NCBI GenBank assembly: GCA_051942205.1 | Contig: JAVECO010000200.1 | Location: 1-39,924 of the forward strand | Direction of reading: 5' to 3' | Source: Coniocarpon cinnabarinum | Lineage: Eukaryota | Length of the DNA: 39,924 nucleotides | In this document: positions 1 through 9,321 of the stretch, in pieces | How positions within the stretch are numbered: position 1 is the stretch's first letter | Layout: the number at the start of each line of letters is the position of its first letter | The notes under the pieces: generated by a model | Told to the model about the DNA's origin: nothing | What the model saw: the letters and a program-made list of their open reading frames with translations, nothing else | Databases searched by the model: none | Made by a program: the position numbers and the translations under genes

Positions 1-736
1 CCCTCCGCGCCGCCCATCCAGCGCGCCGCCGTCCCCCCGGCGCTCAAATTCTACTACTCAATCGCGCTTCGTCACCCGCGAATACATGGTCCATGTCGAC
101 ACGCCGCGCGGAACGAGCATCTGGTTCCTGCAGCGCACTGCCCGCCGCTTCACCCTCAGCTACCACGGCGCGCGCGTCGCGGTCCCCGGTTTTGCGCAGA
201 GAGAGCTGCACGTCCTCCTCGGCCGATTCACTACGGGGCGCCATTACTTTGGGGGAGTCAGGGGGTGGACTGGGATGCCTGTTGGGCTTTTTTTGAGTGA
301 AGACGCGCAGTAAGTTTGAATTTTGATATCATTTCTCAAACACAGTGGGAATCTCTTGGATTTTGTCACTTTTACCGCCATTTTGGTGGGGATGGCCTTG
401 ATTTTGGGGTGTTTTTGGGATATTTACTAGGAGAATGAGTGCTAATGGGTGATATTCTAGAATTGGACTTTTGACACTACATCGCAGTATCCAAGCATTG
501 GGGGTATGTTTCGATATCTGATTTTCTTGGAAACATTGACTGATTCTCGGTGATAGGACGTGTCGGAAGTGATCCCGCGGGGCCTGCGTGAGGCCGGTGC
601 AGATGAAGAGGAAGAAGAAGACGGAGGAGCGGTGGTGAGGAGGGCAGTCAGGATGAGGATGGTGGAGAGAATGGAGTTGTTAATGTGGGGGTTGGCGGTG
701 ACGGAGGGGGTTTCTGATCATCTGTACATGTTTTGA
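1..736 (+). CDS. 3' part of a hypothetical multi-exon protein (5' end outside the window)
   Basis: Frame 2 is open from the window edge to 309. Intron 310-460 (GTAAGT..GCTAAT..TAG) and intron 504-556 (GTATGT..CTGAT..TAG) splice in frame: ...LFLSEDAQ/IGLLTLHRSIQALG/DVSEVIPRGLREAGADEEEEEDGG...VSDHLYMF*, stop TGA at 734-736. No family recognised. Confidence 0.7.
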
Positions 737-794
737 TTGCATCGCTGCATTCGATTTCGCAATACGTGCACTCTCCCACTTTGATATTGACTTC

Positions 795-992
795 TCGTGG
801 ATGTTGATGAGTACCTAAAATCGTCACGATTTCCTAGCAAATCAACACACATTCATGATGTTCAAGACCAAAATGACATCGAAAATAGATGCGTTTTCGT
901 GCATATTGATGAGTAGTCGAAGTCGTCACGTTTTCCTAGTAGATCAACACACATTCACGATGTTCAAGACCAAAATGATATTGAAAATAGAT
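795..992. repeat. Two-copy tandem duplication with a 102-bp period
   Basis: 795-890 aligns without gaps to 897-992. Hand count: 13 mismatches in 96 nt, 10 of them transitions. Confidence 0.9.
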
Positions 993-1001
993 TCAATTCA
1001 A

Positions 1002-3047
1002 CTAGCTAGAACCCTTACCCGCATCCTCCTTCAACGCCACAATCTGATTCAGCACAATCTTCTGCTGTCGTTCCCGCTCATCCTCAGCTAAAGCCCGATC
1101 AGGTTCCAAAATACTATCAGAATCCACCGCAAAGTAGGCAACGCGTACCCCTTGAAAGCGAATTTCCCAGGGATTTTGTGCTTTTCCTGCTGTTAGAAAA
1201 TCCTTGGGCCACGGCGCCCGGCGCGCGATCTCATGGAAGCCGACTTCTAGACACGCATTGGGGAAGATTTCTTCGGACTTGGGGTTGATGTCTTGGAGAT
1301 AGCCGTCTGGATGGGCGTCTGGGTTCAGTGACTTGAAGAGAGGGTGGAAGATGCGGACTTCGGCTTTCAGTGGGCTTTTGTGGGCGGGACTGTCGGCGAC
1401 CCATTGGATGAAGGCTTTGGGTTTTAGTTTGCCTTTAGCTTTTTCATCCCAGGCGGAGATGGAGGGGTCGAGGTACGTGGCGCGTACTTCCGTGACGTTG
1501 CCGGTGGTGGCGTCGGTGTCGAAGGAGTCGGCGACGATGGGTTGGGGTACGTGTAGAAGGCCGACTGGTTGACCAACGGCAAGGCGGAAGAAGTCAGCAC
1601 TTGCGCCGGCGGCGCGGAAGTCGGAGCGATCAACGTAGACGACGCGTGTGAAGGGAAGCTGGTGTGAGCCAAACGTGGCGGGATCACTGCCTTTTAGAAA
1701 GTCGACCGAGACCATGTCGAGGTGGTTCTCGGGCAAGTTTGTGAGTACAATCTTGACGGGGTCAGGAATGAGGAAAAGACGGGGAATGCTACGCTCGAGG
1801 TATTTTCGTACAACTGTTTCAAGTCGAACGGTTTGAATGGTGGAAAGAGAGTCGGAGACGCCAAGGTCAGCCACGAACGCGCGAATGGCGCCTGGTGGGA
1901 TACCGCGTCTTCGAAGGGCGATGATGGTGTAGAGTCGAGGGTCGTCCCAGCCTCGGACGATCTTCTTGTTGACGAGCTCAAGGATTTTGCGCTTTGAAAG
2001 GACAGTGCCAGTGACGTTGAGGCGACCGTACTCGCGCTGTTGAGGGACTGCCGGTAGCTCATTCTTTAAGCGATCCACCAGCCAGTCATAGGACTCTCGC
2101 GCTGTTCGGAACTCAACAGTGCACAGGGAATGTGAGATTGACTCCATCGCGTCGCAGAGGCAGTGGGTGAAGTCGTAGGTTGGGTATATGCGCCACGTGC
2201 TGCCCGTCTTGTGGTGCGGTGTGGCATTGTCTGGGATGCGGTAGGCCGGCATGTCCCACATATAAGGATTCCCAGAGCCGAGAAGATCCTGCTTCATGCG
2301 CAGGACAGCAGTCTTTGGAGCGTAGTGTCCGTCACGCATGCGGCGGAACTCGTGCAAAGACTCAGATGAAGGACGATCGCGATGAGTACAGGCATATCGA
2401 GGATTCTCCTTGCCCTCTTTGCCACCTTTCTGTTTCTGAATTTCTGCCTGCGTACAGTGACAGACGTAGGCACCACCGCGTTCGATCAGAATCTCCGCAA
2501 GCTGGTACAATCTGTCGAAGCGATCCGAAGAGTGCGTAATGTCGTAGGGTTTGTATCCGAGCCACTTCACCGTTTCTCGGATCGAAGTGAAGTACTGCTC
2601 CTCTTCCTTCTCTGGGTTCGTGTCGTCGTATCTTAAATAGCATTTTCCACCATAAAACTTCGCAAAGCCAAAATTCACAGCAATGGCTTTGGCATGGCCA
2701 ACGTGTAGATACCCGTTCGGCTCCGGAGGAAACCGCGTCGTCACCTGTGGTCCAACCGGCGCGATCTTATACGTCTCAGCCAGCCATCCAACCTTGAAGG
2801 TCTCATCCATGGGGTCGTGATCCAGCGATATGGCCGGAGCAACATCTTGCTTCGGTCGCGTAGGAAGGTCCTTAGTCTGAGCATTACCTGCACTTTGCGC
2901 GCCTGCAGCTTTCTCTGCAGCAGCTTGGGCCTGGTGTTCTGCTTTCTTTTTCTCTTTTTCGGCCTTCTTGGCGGCTTTGGCAAGGGCGTTTTTGGAGACT
3001 TTAGACTCACCGTTTGGAGGCTCAGCTGTGGGGTTACTGTCCGCCAT
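1002..3047 (-). CDS. GLN4: Glutaminyl-tRNA synthetase (681 aa, intronless)
   Basis: TRFPPEPNGYLHVGHAKA (HIGH motif), LRYDDTNPEKE, IYPTYDFTHCLCD, PQQREYGRLN, VLSKRK (KMSKS equivalent), GWDDPRLYT and C-terminal anticodon-binding barrels (KPKAFIQWV). Confidence 0.96.
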   Translation of the reverse strand: MADSNPTAEPPNGESKVSKNALAKAAKKAEKEKKKAEHQAQAAAEKAAGAQSAGNAQTKDLPTRPKQDVAPAISLDHDPMDETFKVGWLAETYKIAPVGPQVTTRFPPEPNGYLHVGHAKAIAVNFGFAKFYGGKCYLRYDDTNPEKEEEQYFTSIRETVKWLGYKPYDITHSSDRFDRLYQLAEILIERGGAYVCHCTQAEIQKQKGGKEGKENPRYACTHRDRPSSESLHEFRRMRDGHYAPKTAVLRMKQDLLGSGNPYMWDMPAYRIPDNATPHHKTGSTWRIYPTYDFTHCLCDAMESISHSLCTVEFRTARESYDWLVDRLKNELPAVPQQREYGRLNVTGTVLSKRKILELVNKKIVRGWDDPRLYTIIALRRRGIPPGAIRAFVADLGVSDSLSTIQTVRLETVVRKYLERSIPRLFLIPDPVKIVLTNLPENHLDMVSVDFLKGSDPATFGSHQLPFTRVVYVDRSDFRAAGASADFFRLAVGQPVGLLHVPQPIVADSFDTDATTGNVTEVRATYLDPSISAWDEKAKGKLKPKAFIQWVADSPAHKSPLKAEVRIFHPLFKSLNPDAHPDGYLQDINPKSEEIFPNACLEVGFHEIARRAPWPKDFLTAGKAQNPWEIRFQGVRVAYFAVDSDSILEPDRALAEDERERQQKIVLNQIVALKEDAGKGSS

Positions 3048-3543
3048 GACGTGTTACTTCATGAGCTGGGTAGTATCTAGTGGCTTCGTTCCTTGATTGC
3101 ACTTGCAGCTTCAAAGCACCACGGAAAGATGTGAGTTCAATGAGTCGAGATGACAGGCATATCGATAGGACGAGCCACGGCACTCCCTCTCGGTCCCTTG
3201 CATTAGTCGATACTCGAATATACCATATATAGTAAGTTGGTATCGGAAGCTATCAGCATGCAGACGCGGATTCTGGCCGCGTTTCTTATGCAATAGCTAC
3301 AAATTGACAGGGAATGTCTTTGCACGCTTTGTCAGACAATTGATCATCAGACTGATTGCGAAATGTCACGCAAAATGTCGCGCATCCTACAGATCCATTC
3401 GCCAAGCTGGACATGGGGTCTAGGCTCACCCGCAATTGAAATAAAGCCTGGCTGATAGGTCCTATGCTTCTGCTCTCTACTTTGATCATATCTTCTTGAG
3501 CTAGTTGGGCTTTCAGTGTTTGACGTGATTCCAATATTCCATC

Positions 3544-4374
3544 ATGGGCACGAAACTGGCACCGATCGTCGCTCTCGCTCATGGCGGCGGGCCCATGCCT
3601 CTGCTGGGCGGACCTAGAGATGCCGAGCTTGCCTCTTCACTCAAGAACCGTGTTCCGCGAATCCTGGGACTTGATGCTTCGGTGAGACCACGAGCTATCA
3701 TTGTCTGCACTGCGCACTGGTCTCAGGAAAGGCCAACGATCTCTTCAGCTCAGACTCACCAGCTTCTTTACGACTACTACGGGTTCCCTGCCGAAGCTTA
3801 CCAGTACAAATATGATGCCTCGGGTTCCCCGCAGGTTGCTCAAGAGCTGGCAGACGCCCTAGATGAAGAAGGTTTGAGCGCAGATATGGATTCCAAAAGA
3901 GGCTGGGACCATGGCGTCTTTGTGCCACTGATGTTAATACGGCCGCAGGCCGACATTCCTATTGTGCAGCTGTCAGTCCTCAGCTCAGAGGACCCTGGCC
4001 AGCATTGGGCGATGGGTCGTGCGCTTCTCAAGATGCGTCAAAGCAATGTGGCTGTCATTGCAAGTGGGCTCGCGAGTCTGCACAACTTGAGAGCGTTCAA
4101 GTCCGGAGAGAACGCCACGCCGGAGTTCAAGCGCAACAACATCGAATGGAGTAAGGCTGCGACTACAGCAGCCTCTGAGTCGGACCGCAACAAACGCCAG
4201 AAGCTGTTCGAAGACTGGAGACAGTGGCCCCATTCGTATCAGATGCATCCTCGAGGGGGAGGCGAACATTTCCTGCCGCTCATTGTTGCTGCTGGTGCAG
4301 CCGGAGAGAGCAAAGCAGGTCATTACATCGACAAGTATGGTGAAACAGACCTGTACACCTACTACTGGGAGTGA
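3544..4374 (+). CDS. Class III extradiol ring-cleavage dioxygenase (LigB / DOPA 4,5-dioxygenase / YgiD-like), 276 aa
   Basis: Metal-ligand and family motifs HGGGPMP, TAHW, YDYYGFP, RGWDHGVFVPL, PIVQLS, HNL and HPRGGGEHFLPL. Intronless ORF. Confidence 0.92.
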   Translation: MGTKLAPIVALAHGGGPMPLLGGPRDAELASSLKNRVPRILGLDASVRPRAIIVCTAHWSQERPTISSAQTHQLLYDYYGFPAEAYQYKYDASGSPQVAQELADALDEEGLSADMDSKRGWDHGVFVPLMLIRPQADIPIVQLSVLSSEDPGQHWAMGRALLKMRQSNVAVIASGLASLHNLRAFKSGENATPEFKRNNIEWSKAATTAASESDRNKRQKLFEDWRQWPHSYQMHPRGGGEHFLPLIVAAGAAGESKAGHYIDKYGETDLYTYYWE

Positions 4375-4465
4375 ACACCTCATATAGCACATTCACCACG
4401 GGCCACATTCAAATGTGCATCCAAACGATGTCCATGGCGTCAAGGCCGGTGTTTTATATTGTTGA

Positions 4466-5359
4466 CTAATGCACCGTGAAACCTCCATCCACCTTGATAT
4501 CGGTCCCATTCAGCATTCCATTCCCATCTTCACATAACCAAGAAATAGCAGTCGCGATCTCCATTGGCTCCGCAAACCGACCTACAGGTATCGTCTTCAT
4601 GAAAGCCTCACGCCTGTCCTTGTCCGCCCACGCTTTCTTGCCCAGAGTCGTCCACGCCACACTCGGACTCACCGTCGTCGCTGTGATGCCTGTACTACCC
4701 CACTCACTCGCCATGGCTCGCGTCAAGCCCATCAGTCCCGACTTACTCGCGCAGTACGCAGCATGACCCCATAGATGCTTATGCGCTGCTTGACTCGAAA
4801 TGCTGACAATGCGACCTGGTGGGTACTTGACCTCCTGAGAGGGTTGTGTCGGGCTCTGCGGGACGTCAGACGCATCTGGTGCGGCTTTTGCTGCTGCTGG
4901 CGGCTCTGCAGACGCCTGTTGTGCGCGATTCCAGTAGAGCTTCGCAAACGCCTGGCTACAGAGCATAGGCCCGTAGATGTTTGCGTGCAAGTTGGTCAAG
5001 ATCTCATCTGGTGGTTGATCCTCCATGGGACTGACATACACGTACCCGGCCGCGTTGATCATCATGTTTGGAAAGATCTTGCTGCTGCCATCTTCGCCAG
5101 AAGGCTCAAGACTGTGCTCGATGGTCTTGAAAGCAGAGTTGACGGATTCGGGCGACGTAATGTCGCATTCGTGAGTGGTTACACCAGGTGCAGACGTCGA
5201 GCCGTAGGTTTCGTGAAGTATCTCGTCTTTCCGCGCCTTCTCGAAGGGCGCATACAGTAGTGCGACGTGAGCGCCTCGTTCTCGCAGCAGCTTTCCTGTG
5301 ACCGAACCAAGACCACCAAGGCCTCCAGCAAGAATAGCAAGTCTTCCACTGAATGCCAT
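4466..5359 (-). CDS. Short-chain dehydrogenase/reductase, DthD/GolD (polyol dehydrogenase)-like, 297 aa
   Basis: Gly-rich AGGLGGLG, INAAG, catalytic Ser in ISSQA and YCASK. The C-terminal LGKKAW...IPVGRFAEP.EIA...VDGGFT recalls bacterial D-threitol dehydrogenase-type SDRs. Confidence 0.9.
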   Translation of the reverse strand: MAFSGRLAILAGGLGGLGSVTGKLLRERGAHVALLYAPFEKARKDEILHETYGSTSAPGVTTHECDITSPESVNSAFKTIEHSLEPSGEDGSSKIFPNMMINAAGYVYVSPMEDQPPDEILTNLHANIYGPMLCSQAFAKLYWNRAQQASAEPPAAAKAAPDASDVPQSPTQPSQEVKYPPGRIVSISSQAAHKHLWGHAAYCASKSGLMGLTRAMASEWGSTGITATTVSPSVAWTTLGKKAWADKDRREAFMKTIPVGRFAEPMEIATAISWLCEDGNGMLNGTDIKVDGGFTVH

Positions 5360-5811
5360 TGGGAAGGATTACGTGGCAATCGTTGTCTCCTTCTACTCCC
5401 CCTTGCCGCTCACTCAAACATGCATCAATCACCGGAACGATACTGAATTAGATTCTTTCCTGTTGCTCGTGGATACTCGCACGTCTTCGTGCATAGCTAT
5501 CAAACTCTGAGCTGCTCGGACGCTTCTGTCTCGAGACGGGAAAAGACAGACTTTCGGCATAATTGCCATCTAAACCGACCACTTTCTACAGCGGGATAGC
5601 ATTCGGGCCGAGAGACCGAGAGCCCGAGTACCTGTCTGAGGAAGAGATTGTCATGTCACAGGATGTATAAACATCGAACTGGGCGGAAGTTGGTCGAAGT
5701 GGCCAAACAACGACGTTGAAAAACGGCGACTATTGGTGTTGAGAAACGCTGTGCGCAAAAGATATAGCGAAGTCACGTGTTCCAAGGTCACGTCCACCCC
5801 CTACAATGTCA

Positions 5812-5829
5812 CACGACACGTGAGAGCGC
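5812..5829. promoter_or_regulatory. CACGTG-core motif CACGACACGTGAGAGCGC, upstream of the SDR gene
   Basis: 17/18 identical to 29858-29875. A second TCACGTG lies at 5773-5779. Confidence 0.4.
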
Positions 5830-6121
5830 CTGCAGACTCAACCCTCCCTGACGCTCTATGCAATTAGCAAGTTTCGATTCGACAATAGCGCGCACCTATC
5901 GATCATCGAGCCCTCTCGCTTCTGGCGTTGCGGCTGGCAACGTGCAGTCGGTGCGAAGTAAGAACATCGATCAAGTTGTAGTCGCGACATGCGCCTTGCC
6001 AGAGCAATGTCTCTTGAATCATGTGATTTGCTCGCTTGTCCGAGTTTGAAAATACAAGATTGATATCAAAATTGTCGCTCACGTAGCGTTCGGTGGCAAC
6101 GCACACGGCTCCTCAGCGCTA

Positions 6122-6146
6122 CAGACTGCAGACTGCAGACTGCAGA
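6122..6146. repeat. Heptamer microsatellite (CAGACTG)x3.5
   Basis: Read directly: cagactg cagactg cagactg caga. Confidence 0.85.
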
Positions 6147-6366
6147 AAACATGTATCTTGCAAGGGAGTCCTAAAGAAAAGCACAGCCTCTGTTCGCTGA
6201 TTAAAACACAGTCAGAGATTGCTTGACCAGGAGAATCTCAAACTTTAGCTCGAAATGCGGGGATAAACTGCCTGCGTCGAAGAGAATCGATTTCGATTGA
6301 TGGTTGGCATATACAGAAAGAGGAAAATTTAGAAGACGCGTACCTTTCTTGAATTCGTTTGCACAT

Positions 6367-7087
6367 CTAGTGTTGATTGGGTTCGCCTTTCTCGTTGCTG
6401 AGAGTGGATGCCGAGGCGTTGGTTAATCCTGGTCCGAATTCCTTGTCATGGGTGGGATTGTTGGCTGGTGGTCTTTGGTCACCGCTGCGATTCGGTGGCG
6501 GCCCTTTTTGCCGCTTCACAAGTTGCGCACCCTTGAACCACTCATTGCCGAAATGCTCCTCTCCCTTGCGTCGAAAATGAGCGTCCAAGACGCCTCTTTT
6601 CTTTCCAATGACGACAGCGTTAATGGTGGGTTCCTTGTCTGTGAAATGAAGAACACTATTGCAGACCGTTAGCCTTGCGAAGAGAACACTGGTTGACGAT
6701 CGGGTGTGCCGGCGAGCATGAAAGTGAGAAGACTTGCTTAAGCCGTGAAGAGCTGCCGACTCACCGAACATAGAGCACGTTGGCACCACCATTCGTTGGA
6801 CCTCCTTTCCCGGCCTTTTCATTGAATTGCTCTCCGATCTCCACCAACTGGTTCAACAATTTGCCAATGTTGGGAACAGGGATGTACTCATCCGGCTCGC
6901 TGTGACAACAATTGATACGCCACATGTGTTTTGCTGCAAAGTCTGCTTTGAAGCGGATTTGATAACCTTGAACGGTGCAGTAATGTCTTGTGCCACATTC
7001 AGATACACAGTCGTTGCAACAACAGCTGCAAGACTCGCAACCCTGTTCACAGTAGCAAAGCGACTCGCTGCTGTGCGAACAGCCCAT
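6367..7087 (-). CDS. Small orphan protein (203 aa) with N-terminal MGCSHS acylation motif and a Cys-rich segment
   Basis: Exons 7087-6765 and 6655-6367. Intron 6764-6656 has a GTGAGT donor, GCTAAC branch site and TAG acceptor, and joins two ORF-track frames exactly (..NVLYVR/VLHFTDKEP..). 11 Cys in the first 37 aa. Confidence 0.72.
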
Positions 7088-9321
7088 AGTGCCTGACCGA
7101 TCTGTTGATGAGCTAGCTTCTCGAGATGTTGTCGTGGCTGATCGATCAGACAAGCCACCACGCAGCAATGATGCCAAGCCAGAAAAGGGACGAAGAAGAG
7201 AAAAGACAGTCTGACAGTCTCAAGCAGAGCAGAGTGGGGCAAAGAGCATTGATACGCGCGCGCAGCATACAATCGTTCTCTGCGGCTCGTACTGACTTGC
7301 TGTATACGTGGCGCTTGGCCATTTTGCAATCAGTCAAGCCAAAGCGTTACAAGAAACACGGAGACCTTCACTTCTCTGAAGTTGCAACCTGTCCATGGCA
7401 TACATCCTCACCCGTGATCTTCTTACCGCAAGAGGCTAAATATGCGACCGGGAAACGCTCTTATCTAGACAAGCAGGAGGGCCAAAGGAACTATGCGTGT
7501 GCGGAAGTGAGTTTTTACGAAGACTCTAAGCCGCTGGACCGCTGCATGTTATAAAATCTGTCTTTCGGTAAGCATCAGCATGGCCGTCAATACGAAGACG
7601 AGAGCTACGTAATCAGTGTCAACACCTGCGGCATGGCATGGAGAAGAGGGCTGAATGACCTCTCATATGCAGCAGACCTGGCTCCCTGAGATGACCAAGT
7701 GGTGAAAGAGTGGCTCCGAGATCCTAAAAAAAAGCACTACACTCCATTGTGCCGACACTTAGAAGTTCAGACTGTACAGTGAACCAGGAGTCTGGAAGGG
7801 ACAACAGTCTAGCGGCTTGAGAACACTTATTGCGTATGAGGTTAGGCCCCAGAATGGGATCATTGACTCCATGTTAAGTCATAGTGCAAAGCAGAGATTA
7901 ACTGGAATATTTCCTAAGTGTGATTAACAGTGGAGCGGACACGGCTCACAACTACAATTACAGATGTGGACCAGGGGCGGAGACTCCCATCGCAACGTTG
8001 AATGCATAAAAGGTAGGTCTGCTGGAGCGCTCGGGAGTAGTCCTTTTGCAGCTTTATCACAACACGATAATGCCACATGAAAATTGTCCGTCACAAACTT
8101 GCTCCCGATAGTGACCCGAAGCCGGACCTGGTAATGTAAGCGAAGGGGATCTTGCGCTTCCCTGAGCTTGTCTTGCTAGCGAAGTCGATCCGCTATAAGC
8201 TCGTATGGCATCTCCCGCGGGTCCATCTTACTGTTCTTCTCTCGCTTGTGGCGGCTGCTGCATTGGCACGTGTCCTCTCGTACTTACAGCGCCGGCGTCC
8301 TTCTGACAAGCCTTCAGGCGACAGTGTCCGCAATTAGTGACTGGGCGCCGGAGAATAGGCAGGACAACAGCATTTCCATGAGTGATGATGACACGTGACG
8401 ACCTGGGCGCGTGGCGCGACTGGGCCTTGCTTTACTTTGATCGTGGGCTGCGTTTCGTTCGGCGCAGGGATCAAATGGTTTTGGAAACGCTCTCTGCACC
8501 GGCCCTACCTGGGGAATTAAATGGACGACAGGAGAACGGCAAGGCGTTGTGAATCATGGAGTTAGTCAACGACACAGCCCGCGATCGATCTGTCGCCCAG
8601 GGCATTTGAGAAAATCCAAGGTGCTATATGGTTCCCATAGTTGCTTGTCAGTTCTTGGGAAGCGTGGCGTCAACGATATACTCTGTACAAGGAACGAAAA
8701 TTACGTGAAAGCCACTCGGTACTTATAAATAGATGCGGCTCCAGGCGCCCCACTCGGACCGCAGATCTGAAACAGCCCCTGACTCGCGTGGTGCGTCAAG
8801 CTTGCCCAGCTTGCCTGAGGACAGCTTCAATCGTACATCTCTAGCTGTCCATCAGTCCTGAAGCACAATACTTTATCCCGTGATTCTGTTGCTTCACCAG
8901 CAGCTCGAAATCTTTGAAGAATTCTATTGCATGGCTAAATCTTCAACATACGCCGAGCATCGGTCTTGCCATGGATGACGCCGTGAAGCACAGGCCGTGC
9001 CTTCGGCCCTGGAATCCTTTCAGTGGAAATGACACCGCGCTCGATGTCCGCAGGGCGGCCCAGAATGTGTCTCTGCTCCTCTTTGGCACAGCGCGTGTCT
9101 TCGAGCGCTTTCATAAAGGAAGAATTAGACACTTTTCATGCGATCATTGTGCGACAGTCTCACTTTAGTGCTTACTGGTACCGCCGATAATGGCTAGACC
9201 ATACGATTCGAATGAAGCGCGATCTCATCAGCAATGTCGTCTTCAGGCTTCACTTGTGTCGCCCTTACCTGCTGGTACTCAGTTTCCATACCCTACCACT
9301 CCACTCAAGAGTCGGAAAGAG

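Noticed and set aside
855..1091. 78-aa ORF with an internal repeat (MFKTKM..KID twice)
   Set aside because: It is a by-product of the 102-bp DNA duplication and overlaps the GlnRS 3' end in antisense.
5608..5626. CCG triplets with an 8-bp period (possible Zn2Cys6 site) upstream of the SDR
   Set aside because: Too short and too common to support without conservation data.
6853..7329. 158-aa minus-strand ORF overlapping the Cys-rich gene
   Set aside because: It has a non-ATG start and no splice continuation; the alternative frame has an ATG, an acylation motif and an in-frame intron.
8152..8337. 61-aa ORF with a hydrophobic stretch
   Set aside because: TTG start, no intron or family support.
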